Below the pieces are notes generated by a model. That model searched no databases, had not been told where the DNA came from, and saw only the letters and a program-made list of their open reading frames with translations. Below, in pieces: positions 20,488 to 31,101 of a stretch of DNA of 55,665 nucleotides. How positions within the stretch are numbered: position 1 is the first letter of the stretch; each line of letters starts with the position of its first letter. The DNA is from an uncultured virus (IMG/VR IMGVR_UViG_3300037520_001345) (Duplodnaviria > Heunggongvirae > Uroviricota > Caudoviricetes), in the IMG/VR virus record IMGVR_UViG_3300037520_001345; one strand, 5' to 3'. The position numbers and the translations under genes were made by a program.

Positions 20488-21501
20488 TTATAGAGAACCT
20501 AGTATAACTCTTCTATTGTCTAGAACAGCAAAGCCTTGTTCAGCCCAACCATAAAAGCCAGCTCTCTTTTGACGATGTAGTGTGTCATCTTCAAAAATTT
20601 GAACTTCTTCACGGACTGGCATTATAAAGCTATCTCTCTTACGAAGATCTAGGCCAACAACCACTTCGTTATCACTACCTGGAAGTGTGCCATTAAGAAC
20701 ACTGGAGTAGAAGAGTTGATACTCTTGACCTTCTCCTAGTTCGTCTAGATCATGAAGATTGATACCGAATACTCTGTTGATGGCTCCATCACCAGCAGTG
20801 TAGATTTCTCTACGTGTAACTTCGTCAACTTGGTCAATACCCCAATTACGAATATCTTCCATTGACTCTGGAGAAACATAAAGATCTGTTAACATGCCTC
20901 TATTGTTACTAGCAGAGTTACCTCCGCCGTTACGACGCATAACAGTCTTCATAAGACTTACTAGTCTCTTGGTGAACTGGCCAGAAGCAGCATCGCTATC
21001 ATAGACAACAATGTTGCGATCAACGCCAGCAGCAAGCAATGTATGCCAGCCATCATCGTTCATCTTCTTGACGAAAGAACTTTCAAGAACTTCCATTGCA
21101 CGACCAACTACGTCCCAGCGAGCATCACGAGCATACTTTAGAAGATAATCGATACTAGCACCGATATCAAAAGTAGGAACCATGACGTAATCGCCTTCAA
21201 CATGGCGTTCTGGAACATAGCCGTGGTTAGGAACAGTATAGGCAACAAAGTCCTTTTCTGTACCTGGGGCTAGAAAATCTAGTGGGAATTCTGGAGTGGC
21301 ACTTTGAGCTAAACGAATTGGCTCGAAGATACCGTCTAGAATATCTCCACTTAACAAACCCTTACGGAGAGGAAGTTCTAAGGCCTTTGCAAACTCAGCA
21401 TTGGCAGCTAAAGATACCTCTCTGTTTGGAGAGCCAGAACGGATCAAAAGATCTGTAAGTTCTGGTGTTGGTTGGAAAGCTTTGCTATTAACTGATGACA
21501 T
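20488..21501 (-). CDS. Major capsid protein (HK97 fold)
   Basis: 337 aa following scaffold and decoration genes; ends GFYGWAEQGFAVLDNRRVI, typical of HK97-fold MCP C-terminal strand. Confidence 0.85.
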   Translation of the reverse strand: MSSVNSKAFQPTPELTDLLIRSGSPNREVSLAANAEFAKALELPLRKGLLSGDILDGIFEPIRLAQSATPEFPLDFLAPGTEKDFVAYTVPNHGYVPERHVEGDYVMVPTFDIGASIDYLLKYARDARWDVVGRAMEVLESSFVKKMNDDGWHTLLAAGVDRNIVVYDSDAASGQFTKRLVSLMKTVMRRNGGGNSASNNRGMLTDLYVSPESMEDIRNWGIDQVDEVTRREIYTAGDGAINRVFGINLHDLDELGEGQEYQLFYSSVLNGTLPGSDNEVVVGLDLRKRDSFIMPVREEVQIFEDDTLHRQKRAGFYGWAEQGFAVLDNRRVILGSL

Positions 21502-21526
21502 ATTATATCTCCCTTATTGATAAAAA

Positions 21527-21982
21527 TCAAGTAATATTGACTGAGACTTTAGCATAACCATCTGCACTTAAGCTGCTCAAGAACTGACCAATCTTCACAG
21601 CATTGGTGCTGGATGTTCCAACGAGACCACTGGCGCCAACATAAGCATCAGTACCAGCTGTTGGTGAAATGCCGCTTACAAGACGATTTGTTGTTACCTG
21701 CCCTTGACGTAGAACAGTAACCTTGCCACCAACCTGAACCTCATCTCGGTGCCAGTTGATATGCTGTCTGGTTAGGTCATAGTTAACAACGTCGTTCAAG
21801 AGAATGCCAAGAGGCTTGGCTCCGCTGGCAGCAGCAGCATAAGCTACTACAGCATTAGCGTCGTCCATGGCTACGCCAGAACCGCTAGTAACAGCAGATA
21901 CAACGCCGCCTCTCTCGGCAGTGGTGTTCATGAAAAATGAAATATCTGTTAGTAATTCGATACGATCTGGTTTAAGAGCCAT
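21527..21982 (-). CDS. Head decoration/capsid cement protein
   Basis: 151 aa; GGKVTVLRQG...GTDAYVGASG...KIGQFL; between scaffold and MCP. Confidence 0.65.
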   Translation of the reverse strand: MALKPDRIELLTDISFFMNTTAERGGVVSAVTSGSGVAMDDANAVVAYAAAASGAKPLGILLNDVVNYDLTRQHINWHRDEVQVGGKVTVLRQGQVTTNRLVSGISPTAGTDAYVGASGLVGTSSTNAVKIGQFLSSLSADGYAKVSVNIT

Positions 21983-21985
21983 GAG

Positions 21986-23485
21986 TTATTCTCCCTTATT
22001 AAGATTTTTACCTAGTCTAGCACAAACAAATTCAACAAGTTCTGCACGAGTATTTGAAACAGTTGATTCTGCTTCTCCACCAACGCCTAGCTCAACTGTC
22101 TCTGTTGTTTCTACTTCTTCTAAGGCATCAACAACATCTTCAGCTTTTGCTGGTTTCTTTTTTGGTGTTTCCATCATCATTTCAGCCTTTTTAACTTTCA
22201 TACCAGCAAAAAGACTAGTCATAGTTTCAAATGCAGTATCGTCGATATTTTCGAATTTTTCTAATGTTGAAGCAACGGACTCTTCGTCGAGACCGGCTTC
22301 TACTAAAGCTGCTTTACGCTTCATCATTTTTTCTTTCTTCATCATTTCAGCTTCTTTATCCTTGTAAGCTGCAATGACTTCATTAGCTGCGTTGAGTTCT
22401 GCTTTAACAGTATCAAGTTCTGTTTGCTTGTCTGTAAGAGCTGTTTGTAGTTCTGCAACTGTGATCTCTACTTCGTTCTTTGTGGCAGCTAGAGCTTCGT
22501 CAAACTCAGCTTTCATCTTTTTCATCTCTTCTTCTTTCTTAACTAATTCAGCATCTTTATTTTTCATAGCTGCCTCTAGTGTTTCATTGGATAGTGGAGT
22601 GTCCGAAGCAAGTGCATGAGCTTCAGGCACATTAAGATCGGTATTTGTTTCTACAGCTGCACTCATAGTGATATTCTCCGCATTTAATTGGGGTTCGTTT
22701 ACTAATACACCTGAATTCGATAAATCGTCATTTTTTTGTTCCAATAATTTATTTACTACATCTCTGGTAAAGATTATACTATCTGGATTAGCTGGTTTGT
22801 CAACAAAACCTTTACCTGAAAAAGTAATATCTCTTAATACTCTGCCAATTTTGTAGTTAGAGTGTTCACCCTGACCTCCATAAGCTCTTAAATATTTTGT
22901 TAGATAAGCAGTGTCTTCATTTCTTGCTAATATTTTATACTCTGCAGTTTCTTTATTAATTAGTCCATAATCGAAACCTTTGAAATAGCATTCCATGCTA
23001 ACGTATTTTTTCCCAGATTCGATCTCATTAATCAAATTTTCTGCTCTAGCTTTAAGATCTGGATTACTGAAAGCTCTATAAATTACAGATCCAGTTAAAA
23101 TATGAAATTTATCTGGTAAGTCATTAATATCAATAATATTATTAATTGGAGATCCATCGTCATCGATAGGCCAATTAGAAGTAATATGTCCTATGATTAA
23201 ATTTTCATTATGCTCTAAATTTGTTGGTTTGTCTTCCGGTGTATTACGAGCATTCCATACTTCTGTTTTATGAAAAATATCGTCATTTTTATTCCATGCA
23301 GAACTTACTAAAATAGACTGAACATAGTACAAATCATTGTCATGTAATGATGCTATGGTTTTATTTTTAAGTTTATTGCTTTTAGAAACTTCACAAGGTT
23401 CCGCTAAGGAAGCATAAGAAACCGAAGCAGAAGCACATATTTTCTCAGCAATACCATCATGAATTTCTGCTGCAAAAATTTGCAT
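21986..23485 (-). CDS. Prohead protease-scaffold fusion
   Basis: N-domain NKNDDIF...NLEH...VSMEC...FSGKGFVDKPANP (capsid maturation protease pattern); C-terminal acidic coiled coil. Confidence 0.75.
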   Translation of the reverse strand: MQIFAAEIHDGIAEKICASASVSYASLAEPCEVSKSNKLKNKTIASLHDNDLYYVQSILVSSAWNKNDDIFHKTEVWNARNTPEDKPTNLEHNENLIIGHITSNWPIDDDGSPINNIIDINDLPDKFHILTGSVIYRAFSNPDLKARAENLINEIESGKKYVSMECYFKGFDYGLINKETAEYKILARNEDTAYLTKYLRAYGGQGEHSNYKIGRVLRDITFSGKGFVDKPANPDSIIFTRDVVNKLLEQKNDDLSNSGVLVNEPQLNAENITMSAAVETNTDLNVPEAHALASDTPLSNETLEAAMKNKDAELVKKEEEMKKMKAEFDEALAATKNEVEITVAELQTALTDKQTELDTVKAELNAANEVIAAYKDKEAEMMKKEKMMKRKAALVEAGLDEESVASTLEKFENIDDTAFETMTSLFAGMKVKKAEMMMETPKKKPAKAEDVVDALEEVETTETVELGVGGEAESTVSNTRAELVEFVCARLGKNLNKGE

Positions 23486-23496
23486 AAATTACTTTC

Positions 23497-25677
23497 TTAT
23501 GTTGATGGATAAAGCATAGAATAAAACGATGCTTTAGCCTGTTTTTGGTCTTCTACAGTTAAATCTCTGTTTAATTGTGACGCTAGCTGTCTTAACCATA
23601 CACTATAATGGTCTATAAAATTATTGTTTTTTACTAATAAATTATTTAATTCGGCTATAATTTTGTCAGAATCAATTATGCAGAAAGGTTGTAAGTTGAA
23701 TAGAATTTGCGTTTTTGTGCTTTCTAGTTCTCGTGCTTGCTCGTTAGACAAACTTCTTAGGTTTTTCTTATTATAAAAATCTAATAAAATAGGATTGATA
23801 ATTTCGCCAATTTTATCTTGTGCTTCAGATGCCCACAAGGAGATTGCTGCGCCTTTTTGTGGGGTAAAAGTTTTTGTTTTTCTGGGGGATGAATCCTTGG
23901 AAAGTTTTGGTCTGCCTTGTTGAGGTTCACCCGGCAAAGATTCTGGCGAATCTTTTGCCAACTTCGTTGGTGAAAGAGCTTGCTTCATTTCAAGTGCTGT
24001 TTTTTCTCCAGTTTTCTTCTTTTCTAGTTCCAAACCCACTTGAGATGGAGAGGCTACTCCTGTTTGTAATGCTATTTTCTTTAAACTATTATCTGGTGTC
24101 GGATCATACCACGGGCCTGCTTTGTTTACCATTCTTTCACCAGTTCTGTCTCTTTGTTCTCTATTGAGTCTAGATTTTTCCATATCTGGATCAAACCCAA
24201 AACGTGTTTGTAATAGTTCATCGCTAATAAGATTTCTATCTGCAAGCTGTACTAATAGTGCTTTCTCTGCATCTTCATTACTAAGATCCATTCTATCAAA
24301 TTCTACTTTAGCTGGATATCTAAAACCCATAGCTTTTTGTATTAATGCTATTTCTTTATCCCAAAATTCTGTAAGGATATCTCTACCATATTGTAATCTT
24401 TGGGTTAATGTTTTGAGAGAAATAAAGTTATTTGTTGTTCCTGCTGCTCCGAAGGTTCCTGTTAATGTAGGAGGAATTCCAAGACCAGCATATACTGAAT
24501 TAAGGTGAGGAATGTATTTGCCCTCTCCTAAAAATTGATGAACAGATGTTTTTGATTCTATAAGCTCTATATCTGGACCCCAGACAAGATCCATCGTTCC
24601 TCCTCCAACATTGTTTCCTAAAATCTGTGCTAGTTTAGCTGCGGCGGCTTTTGTGGGAGCAATTTTATGCTCTAGACTACCTAGCTTAAAAATACGAATA
24701 TTGCTTATAGCTCCGTCGAGAGCAGACATATCTGCTAACTTTAGTTTTTCAATAACAGTAATATCGTCCATGATAGAATATACCATAGGATATGCCCAGC
24801 TTTGCCAATCATCTTTTTTGTAATGAAATACAAGAGTTTTTTCTGCATCCAAAGGATATGCTTTTCTTGCTTTTGCTGCTTCTATAATTGGTAATGGTAA
24901 ACCTTCCACTACTTTTTTCTCTTGTTCTGTTTTTGGATTATTAATAAGTTTACGTAAATTAGCTGGTAAAATTAATTCATATCTTTTGTTCTGAACAAAA
25001 GAAGATAATGCTCCAGCTGATACTTCAACATACGCTGGATCAATAAAAGTATACTTCCAAGGAATTTCTCTTTTTTCTACCGGAAGATCATCTATATCTG
25101 TTATCTGTAAATCTGGAGAAGCTACTGCTTTATATAGTTTTTCTGCTGCTTTTATACTTAATTTTCCTGTTTGTCTATTTATTACAATGTTTCCGGTTTT
25201 ATATAGATTGTTTAAGAATCGTTCACTGCGATCTTTACCTCTAACTTTTTTAAACCACTGTCTGTAAAATCTTTCTATTCTTTTATTTTTATGAACTAAT
25301 CTTATTCCTTGGCTAGCAAAATCACCCATAAGATCAATTACGTTTTTGACCAAACCTACTCTTTGATAGATATCCTCTGCTCTGATAAGAATATGTTTGA
25401 TGTGTCTTGGAGTAGCTTCAGATGGTCTGAAAAAGTCATAGTCTGCTCTTGTTAATCCTGGTCTGCCTGATGTATTAGAGTCTAGATTAGAATAGTCTAA
25501 TCCATATCTCCTCATAGCAGTAGACTTTTCAACTATATTGTATTCTGTAAGAGATTCTGATGATTTTTTAAGAGCATCTGTTTTACTCTGTAAATCTTCT
25601 CCCCATGTAACATAAGCATTTTCGTCTATGGGTGAGGCTGTTTGAATCGCTGAACTTTTTGGATATTTTTTGGCCAT
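23497..25677 (-). CDS. Portal protein
   Basis: 726 aa between terminase and protease; LVFHYKKDDWQSWAYP and GLGIPPTL portal-like motifs. Confidence 0.8.
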   Translation of the reverse strand: MAKKYPKSSAIQTASPIDENAYVTWGEDLQSKTDALKKSSESLTEYNIVEKSTAMRRYGLDYSNLDSNTSGRPGLTRADYDFFRPSEATPRHIKHILIRAEDIYQRVGLVKNVIDLMGDFASQGIRLVHKNKRIERFYRQWFKKVRGKDRSERFLNNLYKTGNIVINRQTGKLSIKAAEKLYKAVASPDLQITDIDDLPVEKREIPWKYTFIDPAYVEVSAGALSSFVQNKRYELILPANLRKLINNPKTEQEKKVVEGLPLPIIEAAKARKAYPLDAEKTLVFHYKKDDWQSWAYPMVYSIMDDITVIEKLKLADMSALDGAISNIRIFKLGSLEHKIAPTKAAAAKLAQILGNNVGGGTMDLVWGPDIELIESKTSVHQFLGEGKYIPHLNSVYAGLGIPPTLTGTFGAAGTTNNFISLKTLTQRLQYGRDILTEFWDKEIALIQKAMGFRYPAKVEFDRMDLSNEDAEKALLVQLADRNLISDELLQTRFGFDPDMEKSRLNREQRDRTGERMVNKAGPWYDPTPDNSLKKIALQTGVASPSQVGLELEKKKTGEKTALEMKQALSPTKLAKDSPESLPGEPQQGRPKLSKDSSPRKTKTFTPQKGAAISLWASEAQDKIGEIINPILLDFYNKKNLRSLSNEQARELESTKTQILFNLQPFCIIDSDKIIAELNNLLVKNNNFIDHYSVWLRQLASQLNRDLTVEDQKQAKASFYSMLYPST

Positions 25678-25731
25678 ATTTGTTATCTTATTGTGATTGT
25701 ATTATAATTAGATTACAGTATTAGTTACACA

Positions 25732-27765
25732 TTATCTATATATTCCGGTATAAAAATCGTCATTAGCTCCGCTTGTAAACCATTCTGGTCCTTTATACAT
25801 TTTCCCTGACTGCTTAACTATTTTTGATCGATCTCCTCCAATAACCTCATAATCAATATTCGGCAATGCTCTGTTTATCTGTCTAGCTAGCATATTTGCA
25901 ATAACTAAAGCACTATATCTATCTTTTCTTAATCGTCCTTTTTTACCGTTAGGCAATTTAACTTCTGGAGTATCCCATCTGTCTCTAGCTCCTGATCCGC
26001 TACTAGTCTGTGTCATAACAATTGTGGTCAATTCATTTTTAAGCTCTTCTATTTCTAATATGCATTCGCTAACACTATCATAAATTGGATTTAAGTCTGC
26101 TGTCATAATATCTTTGCCTTCTTGATCTAGAGCTAGTCCCAAGGTTAATTGGTCAAATCTTGGAAATAGTAAAGCTTTATCTTCAAAATCTTTTCTTAAT
26201 CCATGATTGGCTTGTGCTGTCCAATCTGCTCTAGCGAACTGTATAAGCTCTATTAAATGTAAGCCGGGTTGACTGTCTGTGTCTTTAGGTTTCTCGTAAT
26301 CAATGATGGGCCAGATTAGATGTTCTCCATCTTCTAATTTTGATGGGTCATGTAACGCTTCTTCGATAGCTACTCCTCCACCCTGAGCATCCATACCTAT
26401 TTTGATAGGAGGAAATGATCTAATAAGATTCCTAATCTTTCTTGCACAAAATCCATAAAAATCATGATCCTTAACAAGTCCTGTTTTTTGTCTTTCTTTA
26501 AAGTTGTTACGATTGGTTGTCCAACAATATACTATTCTAGTATGATCTTGATGTACTTCTAGTATTACTATACTAAAATTATCTTGTTCACTTGCTGGAT
26601 CAATACCGTATACATAATGATGATTTGTATTTCCTGATGTGACAGCGTCGAATAAAATAGTTTTGCTATTAATAACGGTTGGTCTAGTGTCGCTCACAAC
26701 ACAATTCTCAATTAAGCTGCGCTTAAAAAATCCGTCACTATCTGCTGTAAAACAAGCAGCATACTCCATATTATAGATACCAGTATGAATAGTGGCTCGT
26801 GCTCGCGCAACTTGTTTATCATCCATGAAGCCTTTAGGAATAAGTTCGTATGGAATACGAATAATACTATAATCTTTCCAATTAAAATTACTAGGAACTT
26901 CTCCTTTAAAGATATCTTCTAATTTTCTAATATCTCCCTTACTTTCAATAATAGCTTTGTATCTTCTCCAATAACTAGCAAAATGTTTAAATGCATAATC
27001 TGCGGTACCAGCAACAATAGCCTGATTACCCATTTTATCGTTTAATATTTCTAGCTCTTCGTTCCATAGTCCAGCTTCTGTCATAGCTGCTCGTTTAGCT
27101 TGTTCTTTTACATTTTGAATAGGACTTGCTGATACTGCTGCGAAACCTGACACTACTGTTTCATAAATATCTGGTGAAATTGATGCGAACTCGTCTGCTA
27201 TGATAATATGTGCTCTTAATCCTCTAATTTTACTACCATCGCCCATAGGGACAGCTATTGTCCAGCTTTCGCCCAAGCGAATCGTACACCTATCAACATC
27301 TCGACGAGGACCATCATCGTTTCCGTTAAAAATGGATCTTAGAATCGGGCTATTACGCCACATAGTTTCCATATATTCGAATATAATTTTACTTTGTCTA
27401 AAAGCTGCTCCAACAATAACTATCTTAGTTCCTGGATAAAAAACACATCTTAGAACTGAATATAAAGCTAGTAAAAACGATTTACCCCAACCACGACTAG
27501 CAATATACATAGGAAATGGACGATTCCAAAACTCTTGTATAATCGCTACCTGCATAGGATGTAATTCTATATTAAATAGTAACTTACATGTAGATCCGAT
27601 ATATTTTGGATCTCTTAATAGTCTTAATAAATGCAGATCAGGATGCTCAATGTCATGTTCTGTTCTGTGAATCATTGGATTTTGAGGAATAACAATTTGA
27701 TCTAGATCGCCAAGACCTAACCAAGCATCCTCAAATATCTTTTTTTGGCTGTCCTTCAAGCTCAT
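25732..27765 (-). CDS. terL: Terminase large subunit
   Basis: Walker A ASRGWGKS, IRGLRAHIIIADE Walker B, nuclease YGIDPAS and C-terminal KDRYSAL. Confidence 0.95.
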   Translation of the reverse strand: MSLKDSQKKIFEDAWLGLGDLDQIVIPQNPMIHRTEHDIEHPDLHLLRLLRDPKYIGSTCKLLFNIELHPMQVAIIQEFWNRPFPMYIASRGWGKSFLLALYSVLRCVFYPGTKIVIVGAAFRQSKIIFEYMETMWRNSPILRSIFNGNDDGPRRDVDRCTIRLGESWTIAVPMGDGSKIRGLRAHIIIADEFASISPDIYETVVSGFAAVSASPIQNVKEQAKRAAMTEAGLWNEELEILNDKMGNQAIVAGTADYAFKHFASYWRRYKAIIESKGDIRKLEDIFKGEVPSNFNWKDYSIIRIPYELIPKGFMDDKQVARARATIHTGIYNMEYAACFTADSDGFFKRSLIENCVVSDTRPTVINSKTILFDAVTSGNTNHHYVYGIDPASEQDNFSIVILEVHQDHTRIVYCWTTNRNNFKERQKTGLVKDHDFYGFCARKIRNLIRSFPPIKIGMDAQGGGVAIEEALHDPSKLEDGEHLIWPIIDYEKPKDTDSQPGLHLIELIQFARADWTAQANHGLRKDFEDKALLFPRFDQLTLGLALDQEGKDIMTADLNPIYDSVSECILEIEELKNELTTIVMTQTSSGSGARDRWDTPEVKLPNGKKGRLRKDRYSALVIANMLARQINRALPNIDYEVIGGDRSKIVKQSGKMYKGPEWFTSGANDDFYTGIYR

Positions 27766-28210
27766 ATATTTTTCTCATGATAGAAAGGGCCATGGTTTCT
27801 GCATTGTCTGCATCTCCACAGAATAATACTTTGATATTATATAGTAATTGTAATTCTACTAAATGCTTTAAAATAAATTTGGGTGAAATTTTAATCTTGT
27901 CCCATAGTTTTTTAGGAACATTAGATCCAATAGGATAGCTCAATACGTTATCTAAACTAAACTCTAATAATAAAAAAGAATGTTGAATAGCACTCATGCG
28001 AGTTACTACATCTTTAAACCGTTTTTCTGTTATATTATTAGCAATTTCTCCCACACTTTTTTTACGCTCTATACATAATAGATGCTCTAATCCCTTTAAT
28101 GAGTAATCCCCTGTATCTAGTTTGGCACACGACTTAACCATGTTGTCAAAGCTCCATGGCTGTTGTTCTCTAGTATCCACGATAATATGAAAATTACTGA
28201 AGTCTATCAT
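27731..28210 (-). CDS. ERCC4/XPF-domain nuclease
   Basis: IIVDTREQ...LDTGDYS...IERKK signature. Confidence 0.85.
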   Translation of the reverse strand: MIDFSNFHIIVDTREQQPWSFDNMVKSCAKLDTGDYSLKGLEHLLCIERKKSVGEIANNITEKRFKDVVTRMSAIQHSFLLLEFSLDNVLSYPIGSNVPKKLWDKIKISPKFILKHLVELQLLYNIKVLFCGDADNAETMALSIMRKIYELEGQPKKDI

Positions 28211-28460
28211 CTGCTAGTATTTTTAAAAAAATAGCCTCATAAATGTCTTCCATACCTTTTATCATTTTATGATGATATTTACACAATGTAATACCATTTT
28301 CAACTGTGAATCTTAGTGCTGGATAATTTGCCCAAGTTTTTATATGATGAGCATTCAATTTAGTTTTAATGGAACAGTTTGGCCAACGACAATGAAAATT
28401 GTCTCTTTTATAAACTGCTTTTCGCCATTGTTTATATTGATTATTATTAAAGTCTCTCAA
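28194..28460 (-). CDS. HNH endonuclease
   Basis: VYKRDNFHC...AHHI...NGITLCKYHH. Confidence 0.9.
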   Translation of the reverse strand: MRDFNNNQYKQWRKAVYKRDNFHCRWPNCSIKTKLNAHHIKTWANYPALRFTVENGITLCKYHHKMIKGMEDIYEAIFLKILADDRLQ

Positions 28461-29427
28461 TATCTTTCTCCACCATTTCTTTAACTAGATCTGCAAAGGA
28501 AATTTTTGGTTCCCAACCTAGTAAATTCTGAGATTTAGAAGCATTACCTCTTAGGAACTCTACTTCTGCTGGTCGGAATAGAACAGGATCTATTTCTATG
28601 TGATCTTCGTAATTAAGGTTAACTCTATCAAAAGCTAGCTTGAGAAAATCTCTAATGGTCCACGTTGTGCCTGTTGCTATAACAAAGTCTTCTGGGTTTT
28701 GTTGTTGTAACATAAGCCACATAGCTTCTACGTAATCTTTAGCATGTCCCCAGTCTCTGCTGGCGTCTAAATTTCCTAATTTAAGTTTGGCTGTTGTTTC
28801 TTTATTTATTAGCTGTCCTATGTATTTGGTAATTTTACGAGTTACAAAATTTTCCCCTCTTCGAGGACTTTCATGATTAAATAAGATTCCGCAACATGCA
28901 TATATATGGTAAGATAATCTATAAACTGTGACTAATTGATGAGCTGCTGTTTTAGCTACTCCGTATGGACTTTGTGGTAAAAATTGAGTATTTTCATTCT
29001 GGTATTTTTGACCAAATTCGCCTATTGTATAATTGCGACCAAACATTTCACTAGTACTAGCTTGATAAAACTTAGCCATAGGAGCATGTCTTCGTATGGA
29101 TTCTAATAAATTTAGAACCCCTATAGCATTAATATCAAATGTTGTTGTGGGCTGATGAAAACTTGTGGCAACATGACTTTGGGCGGCCAGGTTATATATC
29201 TCGTCTGGTTTATAGTCGATCATTAGCTGATGACATCCTGCTGGATCGGTAAGATCAAATTCTTCCATAACCAGATTAGGATGAGTTAATATATGATTAA
29301 TTCTATCAAAACGAGAAACGCTAGATCTACGATATAATCCTATTACTCTATAATCTTTAGATAATAATAATTCTGCTAAATAAGATCCGTCTTGTCCTGT
29401 TATTCCAGTGATTAAAGCTGTTCTCAT
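28447..29427 (-). CDS. gmd: GDP-mannose 4,6-dehydratase
   Basis: ALITGITGQDGSYLAELLL, YNLAAQSHV, FYQASTSE, SPYGVAK, FNHESPRRG, RDWGHAKDYV. Confidence 0.97.
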   Translation of the reverse strand: MRTALITGITGQDGSYLAELLLSKDYRVIGLYRRSSVSRFDRINHILTHPNLVMEEFDLTDPAGCHQLMIDYKPDEIYNLAAQSHVATSFHQPTTTFDINAIGVLNLLESIRRHAPMAKFYQASTSEMFGRNYTIGEFGQKYQNENTQFLPQSPYGVAKTAAHQLVTVYRLSYHIYACCGILFNHESPRRGENFVTRKITKYIGQLINKETTAKLKLGNLDASRDWGHAKDYVEAMWLMLQQQNPEDFVIATGTTWTIRDFLKLAFDRVNLNYEDHIEIDPVLFRPAEVEFLRGNASKSQNLLGWEPKISFADLVKEMVEKDIERL

Positions 29428-29428
29428 A

Positions 29429-30250
29429 TTAGTCTTTGTCTCTTTCTAGTACAATCTCCGCATTAAGTAATGGACTGTCCACATTATTATCAGCATAAGA
29501 GTGATATTCTGCTAATTTATTTTTAGTTTTTTGTACTGCTATGCTTAAGATTTCCATTTCTCGTCCTTCTTTTTCTCTTGTTTGTTCGTCTTCTAACATG
29601 CGTATTAATCCGACCCAGCTACTTTTTCCATCTTCTATTCTTTTGATTCGTTGTTCACGAGTAGCTTTAAGATCTTTGCTAATTTTTTGCTGTTCATTAA
29701 GGAGCTTGGTATATTCATTAGTATAATTAGCGATACTGTTGCGTGCGAACGATAGTTGAGTTTCGAGGTTAGCCAGTTTAGCAGTATCTCTTTCGCTTTC
29801 TGGTTTAGCATACAATTCGTCCACCATTCTTTGTAATTTCTCAGTATCCGTTATGTGTCGTTTCCTTTCTTTCATGCTTCTGTTAATAAGAATATCTATT
29901 GTGATAAATTGTTTAATTTGAAGTTCTTCTGCTGGTAAAACGTCTTCTCTAAATTGCTTAATAAGACCTATCCATGTATCTTCAAAATATTCTAATTCGC
30001 CGCTCTCCTTATCGAACTGTTTAACAATTTCGTGCCAAAAGGTTTTGCCTTTTAGTTTTTGTCTTAGTAACTGATCGTCTGAGGATGGTGCTAGTTTTAA
30101 AGAATCTACATATTTAGATATTGGTGCAGAATGTCTGTTTAGTACTTCTGCTATTTGGTCAATGGTTTGAGAGTCTAGGTGGTCTCTTATGTATTGTTCT
30201 TCTTCTAGACTGAGCTGACCTCTTTTTTTGGGGCTATTCTTCAATGTCAT
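29429..30250 (-). CDS. HTH plus coiled-coil protein (terminase small subunit candidate)
   Basis: N-terminal HTH-like (TIDQIAEVLNRH), long coiled coil; upstream of terL cluster. Confidence 0.35.
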   Translation of the reverse strand: MTLKNSPKKRGQLSLEEEQYIRDHLDSQTIDQIAEVLNRHSAPISKYVDSLKLAPSSDDQLLRQKLKGKTFWHEIVKQFDKESGELEYFEDTWIGLIKQFREDVLPAEELQIKQFITIDILINRSMKERKRHITDTEKLQRMVDELYAKPESERDTAKLANLETQLSFARNSIANYTNEYTKLLNEQQKISKDLKATREQRIKRIEDGKSSWVGLIRMLEDEQTREKEGREMEILSIAVQKTKNKLAEYHSYADNNVDSPLLNAEIVLERDKD

Positions 30251-30896
30251 ATAGATTGTTATCTTTTATGTAAACAATAAGTTTTTTAACGTCGGCCTTT
30301 GAGATGTTGCAATTATTTTTTAATCTTAAATAAATTTCACGAATATCTGGGGCAAATAATTTGTTATCTAAAATATCAATTAATTCTTTGAGTAGTATAT
30401 CATCATATTCCATAATGTTTTGATTAATTTCAATTTTTTCATTATCTATACTGGTTAAACTCATAAGATTTTTTTTGCTATTGTTTCGTTTGTCCCAAGA
30501 GTTATACAAATCGCAATCATTTTTATTAAGGTATTTTATGCATTGGTTATTTGATTGTTGATAAAGTTTATCATATAAAGGACACTTTAAGCAGGGAGGA
30601 TCTGGTCTTTTATAGTTATTTCGTTTGTAATTAAAGAGGCGATTTCTAACATGGGTCCATAAGAAGTTTTCAAGGGGGCGACTATGATCATATTTTTCCA
30701 AACCCTCTATTGCAAAAATAGCGGCTTGTTGTTTCATATCTTCATAATCATGATATCCAAATTTAAATTTATTAGCTAATCTTTTGCTAATATTATCTAG
30801 TACTATTAAAAATTCAGCTTCATCAACACCATTAATAGTATTGGGGGTTTTAGCCGTTTTCTTGGTTTTTTTGACTATCTTCTTCTTTTTGCTCAT
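30234..30896 (-). CDS. Phage sigma70-family sigma factor
   Basis: Region-2 motif YEDMKQQAAIFAIEGLEKYD...FLWTHVRNRLFNYKR; Cys-rich insert CLKC...C...C. Confidence 0.8.
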   Translation of the reverse strand: MSKKKKIVKKTKKTAKTPNTINGVDEAEFLIVLDNISKRLANKFKFGYHDYEDMKQQAAIFAIEGLEKYDHSRPLENFLWTHVRNRLFNYKRNNYKRPDPPCLKCPLYDKLYQQSNNQCIKYLNKNDCDLYNSWDKRNNSKKNLMSLTSIDNEKIEINQNIMEYDDILLKELIDILDNKLFAPDIREIYLRLKNNCNISKADVKKLIVYIKDNNLYDIEE

Positions 30897-31023
30897 CTAG
30901 TAATTCTTCTATAGATTTAATTGGTATAGCTTCTAGGTCCTTCTTTACTTCCTCAATAATGGAACCAACAGCCTTAGCTTCTAATATAGAATCAGCTATA
31001 TGATAATTTGTATTTTTATTCAT
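30850..31023 (-). CDS. Small acidic hypothetical protein (57 aa)
   Basis: Manual translation MNKNTNYHIADSILEAK...; overlaps sigma start. Confidence 0.5.
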   Translation of the reverse strand: MNKNTNYHIADSILEAKAVGSIIEEVKKDLEAIPIKSIEELLDEQKEEDSQKNQENG

Positions 31024-31101
31024 GTGAGGCCCTTGCGGTATGTGGTCAATATACTATAATAAATAGTTACACAATATCGTCAATTCCTCAGGAGATTTAA
31101 A

